Source of the DNA: Longimicrobiales bacterium
GTDB lineage: Bacteria; Gemmatimonadota; Gemmatimonadetes; Longimicrobiales; Gaopeijiaceae
NCBI GenBank assembly: GCA_965249725.1
Contig: OZ252251.1
Coordinates: forward strand, 64,001 to 128,000
Direction: 5' to 3'
DNA: 64,000 nt
Each line of letters starts with the position of its first letter. Position 1 is the first letter of the stretch. Below are positions 43,779-52,854 of this stretch, in pieces. A program made the translations under genes and the position numbers. A model generated the notes under the pieces. It had not been told where the DNA came from. It made no database searches and saw only the letters and a program-made list of their open reading frames with translations.

Positions 43779-43823
43779 CCGCGGGAGAGGCATCAGGCTG
43801 GGCGAAGCTGAGTCTACAACGCC

Positions 43824-44315
43824 CTAGGGGTTCATCTCTCGTTCGAGTTCCTCGCGGTGTTCCCGCCGCCGCTTGCCGTCCTCGAAGCGCTGTCGTTCCT
43901 CATCGGTGGTGAGCAGAAGTGGCGGCACCGGAGCGGGCCGACTGTTCTTGTCGATGGCCACGAACGTCAGGAAGCAGTCGTTCGTGCGCCGCCGGGTCCG
44001 GCTGATGGGATGCTCCGCGACCACCTCGACCTCGATTTCCATGGACGAGCGACCCACGTAGTTCACGCGAGCGGTACAGATGACGAGCTCGCCGGCATAG
44101 ATCGGCTCGAGGAACTCCACCTTGTTGATCGCCACGGTCACGCTGGGCTGTCCGGCGTGCCGCATGGCCGCGACGGCCGCGGCCCGGTCGACCATCGAGA
44201 GCAGCACTCCGCCGAACACGTGGCCGAGGTTGTTCACGTGGCCGGGCATCATCAGCTCGGTGATTTCCGAGGTGGAGGCCTCGGGGGGACGGGGGGTGAG
44301 GTCGGGTTTGGTCAT
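43824..44315 (-). CDS. Acyl-CoA thioesterase (hotdog fold, YciA-like)
   Basis: NNLGHVFGG, VGRSSMEI, FVAID. Confidence 0.9.
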   Translation of the reverse strand: MTKPDLTPRPPEASTSEITELMMPGHVNNLGHVFGGVLLSMVDRAAAVAAMRHAGQPSVTVAINKVEFLEPIYAGELVICTARVNYVGRSSMEIEVEVVAEHPISRTRRRTNDCFLTFVAIDKNSRPAPVPPLLLTTDEERQRFEDGKRRREHREELEREMNP

Positions 44316-44382
44316 GGGAACAGTCTAACCGGCCGGGGTCGATCGGGTCTACGGAGCGTGGGTACGAAGCCGGGCGTCGTCC

Positions 44383-47031
44383 TCACCACTCAAGGTCCAT
44401 CACCCACAGGTCGCCCTCGAGCTCGGCGAACGTGTAGTAGATCCTACCACCGTGGACGAAGAACTCGGCGCGGGGGAGCCGGAGGAGGTCGTCGAACTCG
44501 ACCAGGGTGCGAGCAGCACTCCCGTCCACCGAGACTTCGCGGAAGGCCGTGGTACCGTCGTCGAGACGGTCCAAGACAATGATCTCTCGGTCGCTCGACC
44601 AGAAGAGGGTCTCCACATCATTCCCCTCGAAGACGTTCCTCCGCTGCTCTCCGTTGAGGTCGACGACGAAAGCCGAAGGGCCCGACGAGAACGCGATCCG
44701 CTCCCCGTCCGGAGACCACCGTGCGCTCGAACCCGTCGTGAGTCGCCGAGGCTCAGACCAATCCGAACCGCCCCCACCGTCTGTGACGAAGAGGGCCGTT
44801 CCATCCTCGAGAATGGACTGAAAGACGAGGCTCCGGCCATCTGGAGACCAATCGGGATACCGGTCCGGAGTGGGCGAATCATACACGGTCTGGTGGTCGG
44901 TCCCGTCGGCCCGCACGACGAAGATGTCCCTGTTCCCGTTCCGGAATCCGTGTCCGGTGAGCCACCGGCCGTCCGGGGACCAAGCCTTCACGAACTCATC
45001 GGCAGGATGATCCGTGACCTGAACCGGAGGGCCTGCATCCAAGGGTTGGACATACAAGTCCTGGTTCCCGGACCGATTCGAGTCGAAGGCCAGTGATCGT
45101 CCGTCGGGTGATACGGCCATCCCTTCGATAACCTGACGCCCCGTCGTGACCCTCTCCCCATCGTATCCCGATACCGGATCTCCGCGGGGAATCTCGATCG
45201 ACCAGACATTCTGTCGGCGAAGGAGGGTGGAGTACACCAGTGTGCGACCGTCTCTGGAGAGGGAGATCGTGTGCGGGTCGAGCCCGGTAGTGACACGCAC
45301 CGGCTCCTGCCGTGGCATGCCGTCACCATTCAACTCGACCGCGTAGACGTCGCGGCCCCCGCCGCGGTTCGAAACGAAAAGAAGGCGCCCGTCGGGAAGC
45401 CACGTAGGCGAGACATTCTGGTCCTCGTTTAGCGCGACCGTCACCGACGGTCCACCATCGGCAGGGGCCACGCGAATCGCCGACGGCGCAATATTTCCGA
45501 GCGACCGGCCAAAGGAGACGAAGTTCAGGTTTCCGACCGTGTAGGCGATCCACTCTCCATCGGGCGACCAGACCGGCCAGTGTCCCTGTCCGATCTCCCG
45601 ATGTTCCCCCGTAGCAACCGTGTAGACGTGCAGGACGGATCCCAGCCGGTAGGCGAGTCGTGTTCCGTCGGGGGACCACGCGGGGTGTCCGAGCGCCCCC
45701 TCGGGAGGCGCCGAAAAAGCCGGCCGGGGTGTGCCGCCCAAGGCCGGGACGCTGTGGATCCGACTCCCGGCAGCGAAGACTACCTCGGATCCGTCAGGCG
45801 ACCACCGTGGATAGCGCTCGTGGCCGCCGGTGTTGCCGGCAATCTGAATCGCCCGGCCCCCGGAGATCTGTCGGACCATGACCTGAGCGCGAGGAGCGGG
45901 CCCCGACGAACCATCGCCTGTCGCAGCCTGAGCAAGAGCGCCGGTCGACATGTATGCCACGCTACGCCCATCCGGGGAGATTGCGGGAGTCAGATCGGGA
46001 GCCGCATCGAAGGTGAGCTGCCTGTTGTTGCCGACCGTGATCGGAGTCGGTCCGCCCCCTAGTGACATCACGGCGACCGCGGCGGCGACCACCACGGCCG
46101 CACCGAGGCCAACCGCCGTCCACGGGGTCCTCCGTGCGACCGGAGCCGCCACCCCAGTCATCATGCTTGTCGGAGTCATCCCCCCGCTCGGCGTGGCCAG
46201 CGCCTCGAGGTGCCTCATCATCTCCTCGCTGGTCTGCCAGCGGTCGGCAGGCTTCTTCTCGAGGCAACGCATGACCAGATGCCCCAACCCCGGTGGCACC
46301 GCGCTGCGGTGCTCCGTAACGGCCTTGGGGACCTCGGTCACATGGGCGACCAGGACCATCTGCGGGCTTTTGCCCGCAAACGGGGGAACGCCGGCCAGCA
46401 ACTCGTAGGCCAAGGCACCCACGGCATATATGTCCGCGCGGTGATCGATGCTGTCGGACGCCTCGGCCTGCTCGGGGGCCATGTAGGCCGGCGTGCCCAA
46501 AGCCACCCCGATGGTCGTGAGTTGATGGCGCCCTGTGGCTTCACTCACGGCCTTGGCCACGCCGAAGTCCATCACCAACGCGTGGCGACCGCTGAGCATG
46601 ACGTTGTCCGGTTTGACGTCGCGGTGTACCACGCCGTGTTCGTGGGCGTAGGCCAGCGCATCCACCACGTCGCGCAGAATGCGAACCGCCTCGGTGATCG
46701 GCAGTTCTCCCTCACGCACGAGCCGGTCCCGGAGCGACTCCCCCTCGACGTAGGGCAGCACGTAGAACAAGAAGCCGTCGACCTCCCCGGAGTCGTGCAG
46801 GGGGAGGATGTGGGGGTGGGTCAAGCCTGCGGCGATCTCGATCTCACGGAGAAAGCGCTCTGGCCCGAGCGTGGCCGCCAGATCAGGCCGGAGGACCTTG
46901 AGCGCCACCTTCCGATGATGCCTGACGTCGTCGGCCAGGTACACCGTCGCCATCCCACCCGCACCCAGCTCTCGTTCGATGGTGTAGCGGCCCTCGAGGG
47001 CTGCGTTCAGGCGGGCGACCGGATCGGACAT
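44383..47031 (-). CDS. Hanks Ser/Thr kinase with TM helix and TolB/PD40 beta-propellers
   Basis: LGAGGMATV, VALK, HRDVKPDN, DFG, GTPAYMAPE; multiple WSPDG repeats. Confidence 0.93.
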   Translation of the reverse strand: MSDPVARLNAALEGRYTIERELGAGGMATVYLADDVRHHRKVALKVLRPDLAATLGPERFLREIEIAAGLTHPHILPLHDSGEVDGFLFYVLPYVEGESLRDRLVREGELPITEAVRILRDVVDALAYAHEHGVVHRDVKPDNVMLSGRHALVMDFGVAKAVSEATGRHQLTTIGVALGTPAYMAPEQAEASDSIDHRADIYAVGALAYELLAGVPPFAGKSPQMVLVAHVTEVPKAVTEHRSAVPPGLGHLVMRCLEKKPADRWQTSEEMMRHLEALATPSGGMTPTSMMTGVAAPVARRTPWTAVGLGAAVVVAAAVAVMSLGGGPTPITVGNNRQLTFDAAPDLTPAISPDGRSVAYMSTGALAQAATGDGSSGPAPRAQVMVRQISGGRAIQIAGNTGGHERYPRWSPDGSEVVFAAGSRIHSVPALGGTPRPAFSAPPEGALGHPAWSPDGTRLAYRLGSVLHVYTVATGEHREIGQGHWPVWSPDGEWIAYTVGNLNFVSFGRSLGNIAPSAIRVAPADGGPSVTVALNEDQNVSPTWLPDGRLLFVSNRGGGRDVYAVELNGDGMPRQEPVRVTTGLDPHTISLSRDGRTLVYSTLLRRQNVWSIEIPRGDPVSGYDGERVTTGRQVIEGMAVSPDGRSLAFDSNRSGNQDLYVQPLDAGPPVQVTDHPADEFVKAWSPDGRWLTGHGFRNGNRDIFVVRADGTDHQTVYDSPTPDRYPDWSPDGRSLVFQSILEDGTALFVTDGGGGSDWSEPRRLTTGSSARWSPDGERIAFSSGPSAFVVDLNGEQRRNVFEGNDVETLFWSSDREIIVLDRLDDGTTAFREVSVDGSAARTLVEFDDLLRLPRAEFFVHGGRIYYTFAELEGDLWVMDLEW

Positions 47032-47147
47032 GGCGCAAGATGCGGTTATCGTGCGCGCGACCACAAGAGAAACTCCACCGGTGCCGGGCCTTCGACCGTG
47101 TGGGCTCTGAGGCCCTTCCGGCCTCAGCTCAGTGTCCACGAGACCCC

Positions 47148-47969
47148 CTACACCGCCTCCAGCCCGAAATGCCTAACCAGATCGACCCACTGCGTCCGAT
47201 TCCGATCGCCCACGATGTTGGTGCGCTTGAGTGACACCCTTTGGGAGAACGCGATCGGCAAGGGAGCCGGCCTGTCATCGGCACTTCGGCGTATGGAGGT
47301 GCCTGCCCTCGTCGCCATCGCCTTGAACCACAGATCGTCGGCTGCGGGGGCCAACTTCTCGAAGAGGTCGCGGTTGGTCGCATCCTCGTGCAGGCTGTGG
47401 GGCGGATAGATGACACCGCCGTACCCGAGGGCCAGAACTCGGTCCCGGTGCTCATCGTCGGGGTCATAGGTCCACTCCGAGTAGGGCAGTGGGTCACCGG
47501 CGTCATCGTATGCAATGGTTCTGCACTCATGAGCAATGATGTCGCCCGGGTGAACCCTGTGCGTCGCTTCCAGTCGGCGCAGCCAACTCCTCGGGTAGAT
47601 ATGATCGTCGTCGCACGTGACGATCGTCCTGTCGGGGAACTCCGCCAGTGAGGCGACCAGCTTGAGGTGCGGGCAATCCAACGTCGAAAACCGGATCGAG
47701 AATCGCTCACCCCTCAGACGACCGAGGCTCCTCGGTACCCGTCCCCTCAACTCCTCGTTTAGCCAGAGGACGATCTGCTGCGGCTGTACATCCTGATCCA
47801 GGATGCTGCGGATCGTGATCGGTACGATCGACAGACGAGACGGAATCGACGTCAACGAGACGACGATGGAGTGCTCACTGGCTTCCGCGGATCGACCCAG
47901 CTTCTCCGCGGGGGTGAGGAGAAGCCTCAGAGAGGAGTACACCGAGGGCGGCAGCTCCTTGAGCTTCAA
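47148..47969 (-). CDS. GT-A fold glycosyltransferase-like protein
   Basis: VVSLTSIPSRL, TCDDDHIY DxD motif, GGVIYPP, DDLWF. Confidence 0.8.
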   Translation of the reverse strand: MKLKELPPSVYSSLRLLLTPAEKLGRSAEASEHSIVVSLTSIPSRLSIVPITIRSILDQDVQPQQIVLWLNEELRGRVPRSLGRLRGERFSIRFSTLDCPHLKLVASLAEFPDRTIVTCDDDHIYPRSWLRRLEATHRVHPGDIIAHECRTIAYDDAGDPLPYSEWTYDPDDEHRDRVLALGYGGVIYPPHSLHEDATNRDLFEKLAPAADDLWFKAMATRAGTSIRRSADDRPAPLPIAFSQRVSLKRTNIVGDRNRTQWVDLVRHFGLEAV

Positions 47970-48126
47970 CTCCCGGACCCGCGTTCATTGACCGCAGGGC
48001 GGCCGGAAAGAGCCATATTCTGGCGGGTGAGGAGCACGAACATGGCCCAAGATGGGCGAATCGTCAGTGGGCCCACAAGGGAAACCCCGCACGGGGCCTT
48101 GCTCTCGATTCAAACAGCATCGATGT

Positions 48127-48150
48127 TACCATAAGTATGGTGTTATGGTA
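48127..48150. promoter_or_regulatory. Inverted-repeat operator upstream of vapBC (probable autoregulation site)
   Basis: TACCATAA-N8-TTATGGTA perfect inverted repeat with a nested ACCATA/TATGGT pair in AT-rich DNA. Confidence 0.6.
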
Positions 48151-48167
48151 CTAGGGAGACGAAACGA

Positions 48168-48452
48168 ATGCGGAAAATGACCTTCAGCTTGGACGATGCT
48201 ACGGCCCTCAGCCTCGAGCGTTCTGCGGATCGCCTTTCGAAACCGAAGAGCTGGGTGGTCCGAGAGGCCATCCGGACATACGGAGAGAGCCTCGGCAGGC
48301 TGAGCGACGAGGAGCAGGAGCGGATGCTCACCGTGTTTGACGACGTCGTCGGCCGTATCCCCGAGCGACCCACCGAGGAGGTCGACGAAGAACTCTCCGA
48401 GCTTCGACGAGCGAGGCGGTTAGGGGGACGACCCGGGAGCGGCAGGGAGTGA
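48168..48452 (+). CDS. vapB: Ribbon-helix-helix antitoxin (VapB/CopG-like)
   Basis: KMTFSLD..LERSA..KSWVVREAI RHH pattern; GTGA overlap with the PIN gene. Confidence 0.82.
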   Translation: MRKMTFSLDDATALSLERSADRLSKPKSWVVREAIRTYGESLGRLSDEEQERMLTVFDDVVGRIPERPTEEVDEELSELRRARRLGGRPGSGRE

Positions 48453-48829
48453 TCCTTCTCGACACCACGGTCCTGATCGACGGTCTGACGGGCGCCCGCC
48501 GTTGCGCACCCGCTCTTCGGTTAGCCCTAGAACGGCGAGAGCGCATCGTCGTTCCGACGTTGGTGCTCTACGAGTGGTGGCGTGGCCCCAGACTGGTCGA
48601 GGAGGTCGAGGCCCAAGAGGCCCTGTTTCCCTCCGAGTCCGCCACACCCTTCGGCCCGCACGAAGCGCGGCTCGCCGCAGACCTCTACCGGACGGTGCCA
48701 CGGCCCAGAGGTCGCGAGATCGATCTGGCCATCGCTGCCTGCGCGATCTCGTGGGACGCCATGCTGTGGACCCTCAACATGCAGGACTTCGAGGACATTC
48801 CTGACCTGAGTGTGGCACTGCCGGGATGA
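48449..48829 (+). CDS. vapC: PIN-domain toxin VapC
   Basis: ILLDTTVLID, LYE, DLAIAACA, WTLNMQDF. Confidence 0.9.
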   Translation: MILLDTTVLIDGLTGARRCAPALRLALERRERIVVPTLVLYEWWRGPRLVEEVEAQEALFPSESATPFGPHEARLAADLYRTVPRPRGREIDLAIAACAISWDAMLWTLNMQDFEDIPDLSVALPG

Positions 48830-49086
48830 CCGCCCTGATCGAGGCGCCCTACGGTGGAGTCGTCCAGGTTGAGTGGGCGACGTGGGCGACCCCTACCGGA
48901 CCGGAACCATCAGATGGGTTCCCTCCCCCTCCCCCATCACCCAGGGCACGCCCGCTTCACCGTCCATTGGGAGGGCAGGGAGCGCCCCTCCGTCAACGTA
49001 GATCAAGAGGTGGGGCTGGTCAGCGGCTAGCATGTATGAGATGGCGACGCCCTCGATCTTTCTATGGCCGCCGGCAGGGGAACACG

Positions 49087-50841
49087 CTAGGACTCGGGTA
49101 GCCCGGCTGCCCGCAACCCTTCAAGCAGACGGGCCTGATGCTCGGGTTTGGCGTAGGGGAACTGACGGCTGAGGGTGGTCACCGTGGCCTTGGGCATCAA
49201 CCTGACGATCTCGTCACCTGAGTTCCGGGTGCCCTCCAGATCGCCGCACGCGTGTCGGAGCATCGTGTCGTACACGTGTGCGGCGGGATAGTCGGGCGCC
49301 TTGTCCAGTAGCTCATCCCTATGACGCTCGGCCTCAGCGTACCGCCCCATCTGGAGGTAGAGGTGGACGAAGTTGAGTAGGGCCGGAGCCGAGAGGTGCG
49401 GGTCCAGGCGCGCCGCATGCAGCATGGGCACTTCCGCCAGCTCCGGGTGTCCGCTGAAGATGAGGCTCGAGGAGTAGAAGAGTTGGGCTTCCGAAGAATT
49501 CGGGTCGAGAGCTAGCGCTTGTTCATGTTCGGAGAGGCTGCGCTGATGCCCGTCCTTCCACATGTGCATCCAGCCCAGGAACGAATGCCCGAGGGCCAGG
49601 TTCGGATCCTGGGCGACGGAAGTCTCGGCGTCTCGAATCGCCAAGTCCATGGCGTCAGGATCGGTATTCCAGCCGAAAAACCACGCATGGAATTTCACGT
49701 AGCTGCGATAGGCCAGGGCCAGCGCGAATCCTGGATCCAGGGCTAGGGCTTCATCGAACATCGCCAACGCCTCGGCGTTCGTCACTGGACTGGGTTGACG
49801 GTACAGAACCCGACCTCTCAGGAAAAGATCATGAGCTTCGGCGCTGGTCGTGTACTCGCTTCCCCGCTGTTTCTCCTCTGCTGCGGTCAGCTGGACGGAG
49901 AGGGCCGACACGATCTTTCCGGTGATGTCGTCCTGCAGGGCGAAGATGTCGTCAGAGGTCCCGTCGTACCGTTCGGTCCAGACGTATTGGGAGCTCGAAG
50001 TATCAGCGAGCTTCGCGTTGATCCGCACGCGACTGCCGGATTTTTGTACGCTTCCCTCCAATGCGTAATGAACACCAAGTTCCATGCGGACTCTTGTCAG
50101 GTCCACCGCCTCTCCTTTGTACGTAAAGGATGAGTTACGACCGATCACGAACAGACCGGACAGCTTCGAGAGGTCGGTGATGATGTCCTCGGTGAGTCCG
50201 TCCGAGAAGTACTCCTGCTCGGGGTCACCACTCAGATTCTGAAACGGCAGCACGGCGATCGACGGCTTGTCCGGCAACTCCAACCGAACTTGAGGGACCG
50301 ATCCAGGCCGGCTGCTCTCGGAGTCCACCAGGCGGAAGGCACGGATGCGCTCCGCTATGTTCTTGACCTCCTGGTCACCCATGTCCTCGAACGTCACGTC
50401 GACCTTGGCGCGGACCTGACGGTATGCGTCGTCCGATAGAGTCACACCTCCAGGTTCGGCCAAAGCCTCCATTCGAGCCGCGACGTTCACCCCATCACCA
50501 TAGACGGTCCCGTCTTCCTTCTCGATGATGTCGCCCAAGTTGATGCCGATGCGGAATCGCATTTTGCGATCCTCGCTGAGTTGCTCGTTCCGCTCGGACA
50601 GCGCGACCTGGATCTCCATCGCACAGCGCACGGCCTCGACCACGCTATCGAAGACGCTGAGAACACTGTCACCGGCCGTGTCGACGACCCTGCCGTCGCG
50701 GCTCTCTACGCGCTTGCTGAACACATCCCGACACTCCACCAGGACTTCGATCGTGGCTTCCTCGTCATCGCCCATCAGCCGTGAGTATCCAACGACGTCG
50801 GCGCACAGGATGGCCGCTAGTCTGCGTTTTTGGTCCGACAT
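49087..50841 (-). CDS. Class III adenylate/guanylate cyclase with TolB-like and TPR domains
   Basis: AAILCADVVGYS, TAGDS, FRIGINLGD, GDGVNVAAR; SIAVLPFQNLS; TPRs. Confidence 0.9.
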   Translation of the reverse strand: MSDQKRRLAAILCADVVGYSRLMGDDEEATIEVLVECRDVFSKRVESRDGRVVDTAGDSVLSVFDSVVEAVRCAMEIQVALSERNEQLSEDRKMRFRIGINLGDIIEKEDGTVYGDGVNVAARMEALAEPGGVTLSDDAYRQVRAKVDVTFEDMGDQEVKNIAERIRAFRLVDSESSRPGSVPQVRLELPDKPSIAVLPFQNLSGDPEQEYFSDGLTEDIITDLSKLSGLFVIGRNSSFTYKGEAVDLTRVRMELGVHYALEGSVQKSGSRVRINAKLADTSSSQYVWTERYDGTSDDIFALQDDITGKIVSALSVQLTAAEEKQRGSEYTTSAEAHDLFLRGRVLYRQPSPVTNAEALAMFDEALALDPGFALALAYRSYVKFHAWFFGWNTDPDAMDLAIRDAETSVAQDPNLALGHSFLGWMHMWKDGHQRSLSEHEQALALDPNSSEAQLFYSSSLIFSGHPELAEVPMLHAARLDPHLSAPALLNFVHLYLQMGRYAEAERHRDELLDKAPDYPAAHVYDTMLRHACGDLEGTRNSGDEIVRLMPKATVTTLSRQFPYAKPEHQARLLEGLRAAGLPES

Positions 50842-50940
50842 GTCGCGACGTTCTCTCATCGTGCGGGCGAGCCGGGCTAGTCCTGCAGTCGCCGGGAGGC
50901 CCGCCTCCCAGCGCAAACACCCGGGCGAACAAGGTGCCCC

Positions 50941-51445
50941 TTAGTCATTTCCGTGGCTAGAGGGAAGTCGAACCCGCGACCAGAGGAAGGCCGTCAAGCG
51001 CTCCTTTACTTGTCGAGACGGGTCGGACCGCCCATTCCGAATCGCCTTGATGTACCGCACACTCTTGCCCGTCGCCTCGGCCAGTTCCCGAGCTGTGTAG
51101 TTCTGAAGTCTCTCCCGGATGTGCCGCCATGAATTGGACCCGTAGTTCGCAACCACTTCGTCGGGATCATGTATCAAGCCAGAGTTGACCTCCTCAAGCC
51201 GGTGCGACTCCTTCCCGACATAGTCGACCCAATCAAGCTCAACACTCCGGCGCCGCAGCAAGCCCCGAGTCGCTGCGCCACATTCGGCCCCGTCCGGCCC
51301 CGCACTCTTCGGCTCAGGATGGCTCTGAAACAACTCCGCAACATCTCGATACGTCTTTAGTCTCGCTGCATCCGGCGAGGCGCCCCCAGGTCGCGTCGTC
51401 ACCTCAAAGACCTCGCCCGAATATTGATCGATCCAAGGCAGTTCG
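50941..51445 (-). pseudogene. C-terminal remnant resembling casposon-type family B DNA polymerase, ending in an HTH
   Basis: WIDQYSG, KTYRDV, HPEPKS.GPDG..C...TRGLLRRR, YVGKESHRLEEV..GLIH; recognised from recall only; lower-GC codon usage. Confidence 0.55.
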
Positions 51446-51469
51446 CGCGTGCTGGAGCTCGAGTCGTTG

Positions 51470-51800
51470 GACTGCAAGACGCGGAGAGCTTCCTGGTGGC
51501 ACCCGAGGGCCTCGACTCCGCGGCGGTGGAGGACCTGATCACACACGGTGAGCGCAGGATCATCCCGCCCCATCCGCTCCGGCACCCGATATGGTTGGCA
51601 GCCTAGGGATGGCTCGGGCGTTCTATCACCTCATGGACCGGACTGCCGACCATTCGGTTGCCGGCACGTTCGGGGCAGTCTCGAAGGCCATGTCCGACTC
51701 GGTCAATGCGATTCTGGAACGCCAAGACGGAGGCGACGCAGGGCTTCTGGCGGCGACACTTCAGGTAGCCGACGCGCGGCGGGCACCCCCGCTCTCCTAG
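51470..51800 (+). pseudogene. Unidentified broken gene fragment
   Basis: Two short host-like ORF pieces (..AESFLVAPEGLDSAAVEDL.. and MVGSLGMARAFYHL..) in different frames. Confidence 0.3.
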
Positions 51801-51846
51801 CGAGAAGCCGACCAAGAGCGGCTGGGGTCCCACCACCCGACTGCCC

Positions 51847-52842
51847 TTAGCGCCTCAGCTTCCTCAGCGCCCTCGTCGCATGCACGGGGACCATGGCTCG
51901 CCGCCACTCCGTGTCGACGATCATGTTCTCCAGGGGATGGCACTGCTTGAACGCCCTCTCCGCGAGGCCGTCGATGAGGTCGTCGGTGAGAGCCTCACCT
52001 TCAGCGAGCTCTTCCCAGCCGGTGAGCTCCTTCGGCCGCGCGCCCAGCGCGGTCACCACGCCCCGAAGGGATCGCACGCGATCGTCCGGGTCTACATGGG
52101 CCGCTACCGCCACGGTCAGCAGTGGGAAGTCGATGGACTGCCGCTGGCGGAGCTTCACGTAGCCCGTCCGTAGGTCGTAGCCTCCCTCGGAGACGGCCAA
52201 GGGCACCCGGATCCTCGTAACGATCTCACCGGGCTCCCTCGTGGTGTTCCAGATCCCGTCGGCGACGAAGAAGTCTCGAACGGCCACGGTCCGGTCCCCA
52301 CCGGGTCCCGCAATGTCGACATGCGCGTCGAGGGTCATGAGGACCGGCGGCGTATCGGCGGAATGAGCGGCCACGCACTTCTTACCCACCTTGGTGACGT
52401 GGCAGACATCCCCGTCCTTCTTGAGGCAGAATCCCAGCGCCTGCCGCCAGAATCGCGTCTGATTGTAGTAGGTGCAGCGGGTATCGAGGCAGACGTTCCC
52501 CCCGATGGTCCCGGAGTTCCTGAGCTGGGGCCCGGCCACGTGGCCGGCTGCATCCGCTAGCGCTGTAAAGTGAAGTCGGACTGACGGATGCAGCGATACG
52601 TCCGTGAGTGTCTCGGCCGCACCGATGACGAGTTCGCCGTCCGCCTCGTGGATGCCTTTGAGCTCCCCGATGCCCTTCAGAGCCACAAGGTGGGCCGGCG
52701 TGAAGAGCTTGTGCTTCATGTTGGGGACCAGGTCGGTCCCGCCCGATACCGGGAGGGCAGCCTCGCCGAATTCGGCCAGCAGACCCACGGCGTCCTGGAC
52801 CGTGTCCGGCCGGTGATACTTGAAGGGAGGAAGTCTCAGCAT
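51847..52842 (-). CDS. Xanthine-oxidase-family FAD subunit with Fe-S insertion (HcrB-like)
   Basis: SGGTDL, QLRNSGTIGGN; insertion CLDTRC..FCLKKDGDVC..KC, typical of HcrB/PaoB-type subunits. Confidence 0.88.
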   Translation of the reverse strand: MLRLPPFKYHRPDTVQDAVGLLAEFGEAALPVSGGTDLVPNMKHKLFTPAHLVALKGIGELKGIHEADGELVIGAAETLTDVSLHPSVRLHFTALADAAGHVAGPQLRNSGTIGGNVCLDTRCTYYNQTRFWRQALGFCLKKDGDVCHVTKVGKKCVAAHSADTPPVLMTLDAHVDIAGPGGDRTVAVRDFFVADGIWNTTREPGEIVTRIRVPLAVSEGGYDLRTGYVKLRQRQSIDFPLLTVAVAAHVDPDDRVRSLRGVVTALGARPKELTGWEELAEGEALTDDLIDGLAERAFKQCHPLENMIVDTEWRRAMVPVHATRALRKLRR

Positions 52843-52854
52843 GGAATCTCGCCC

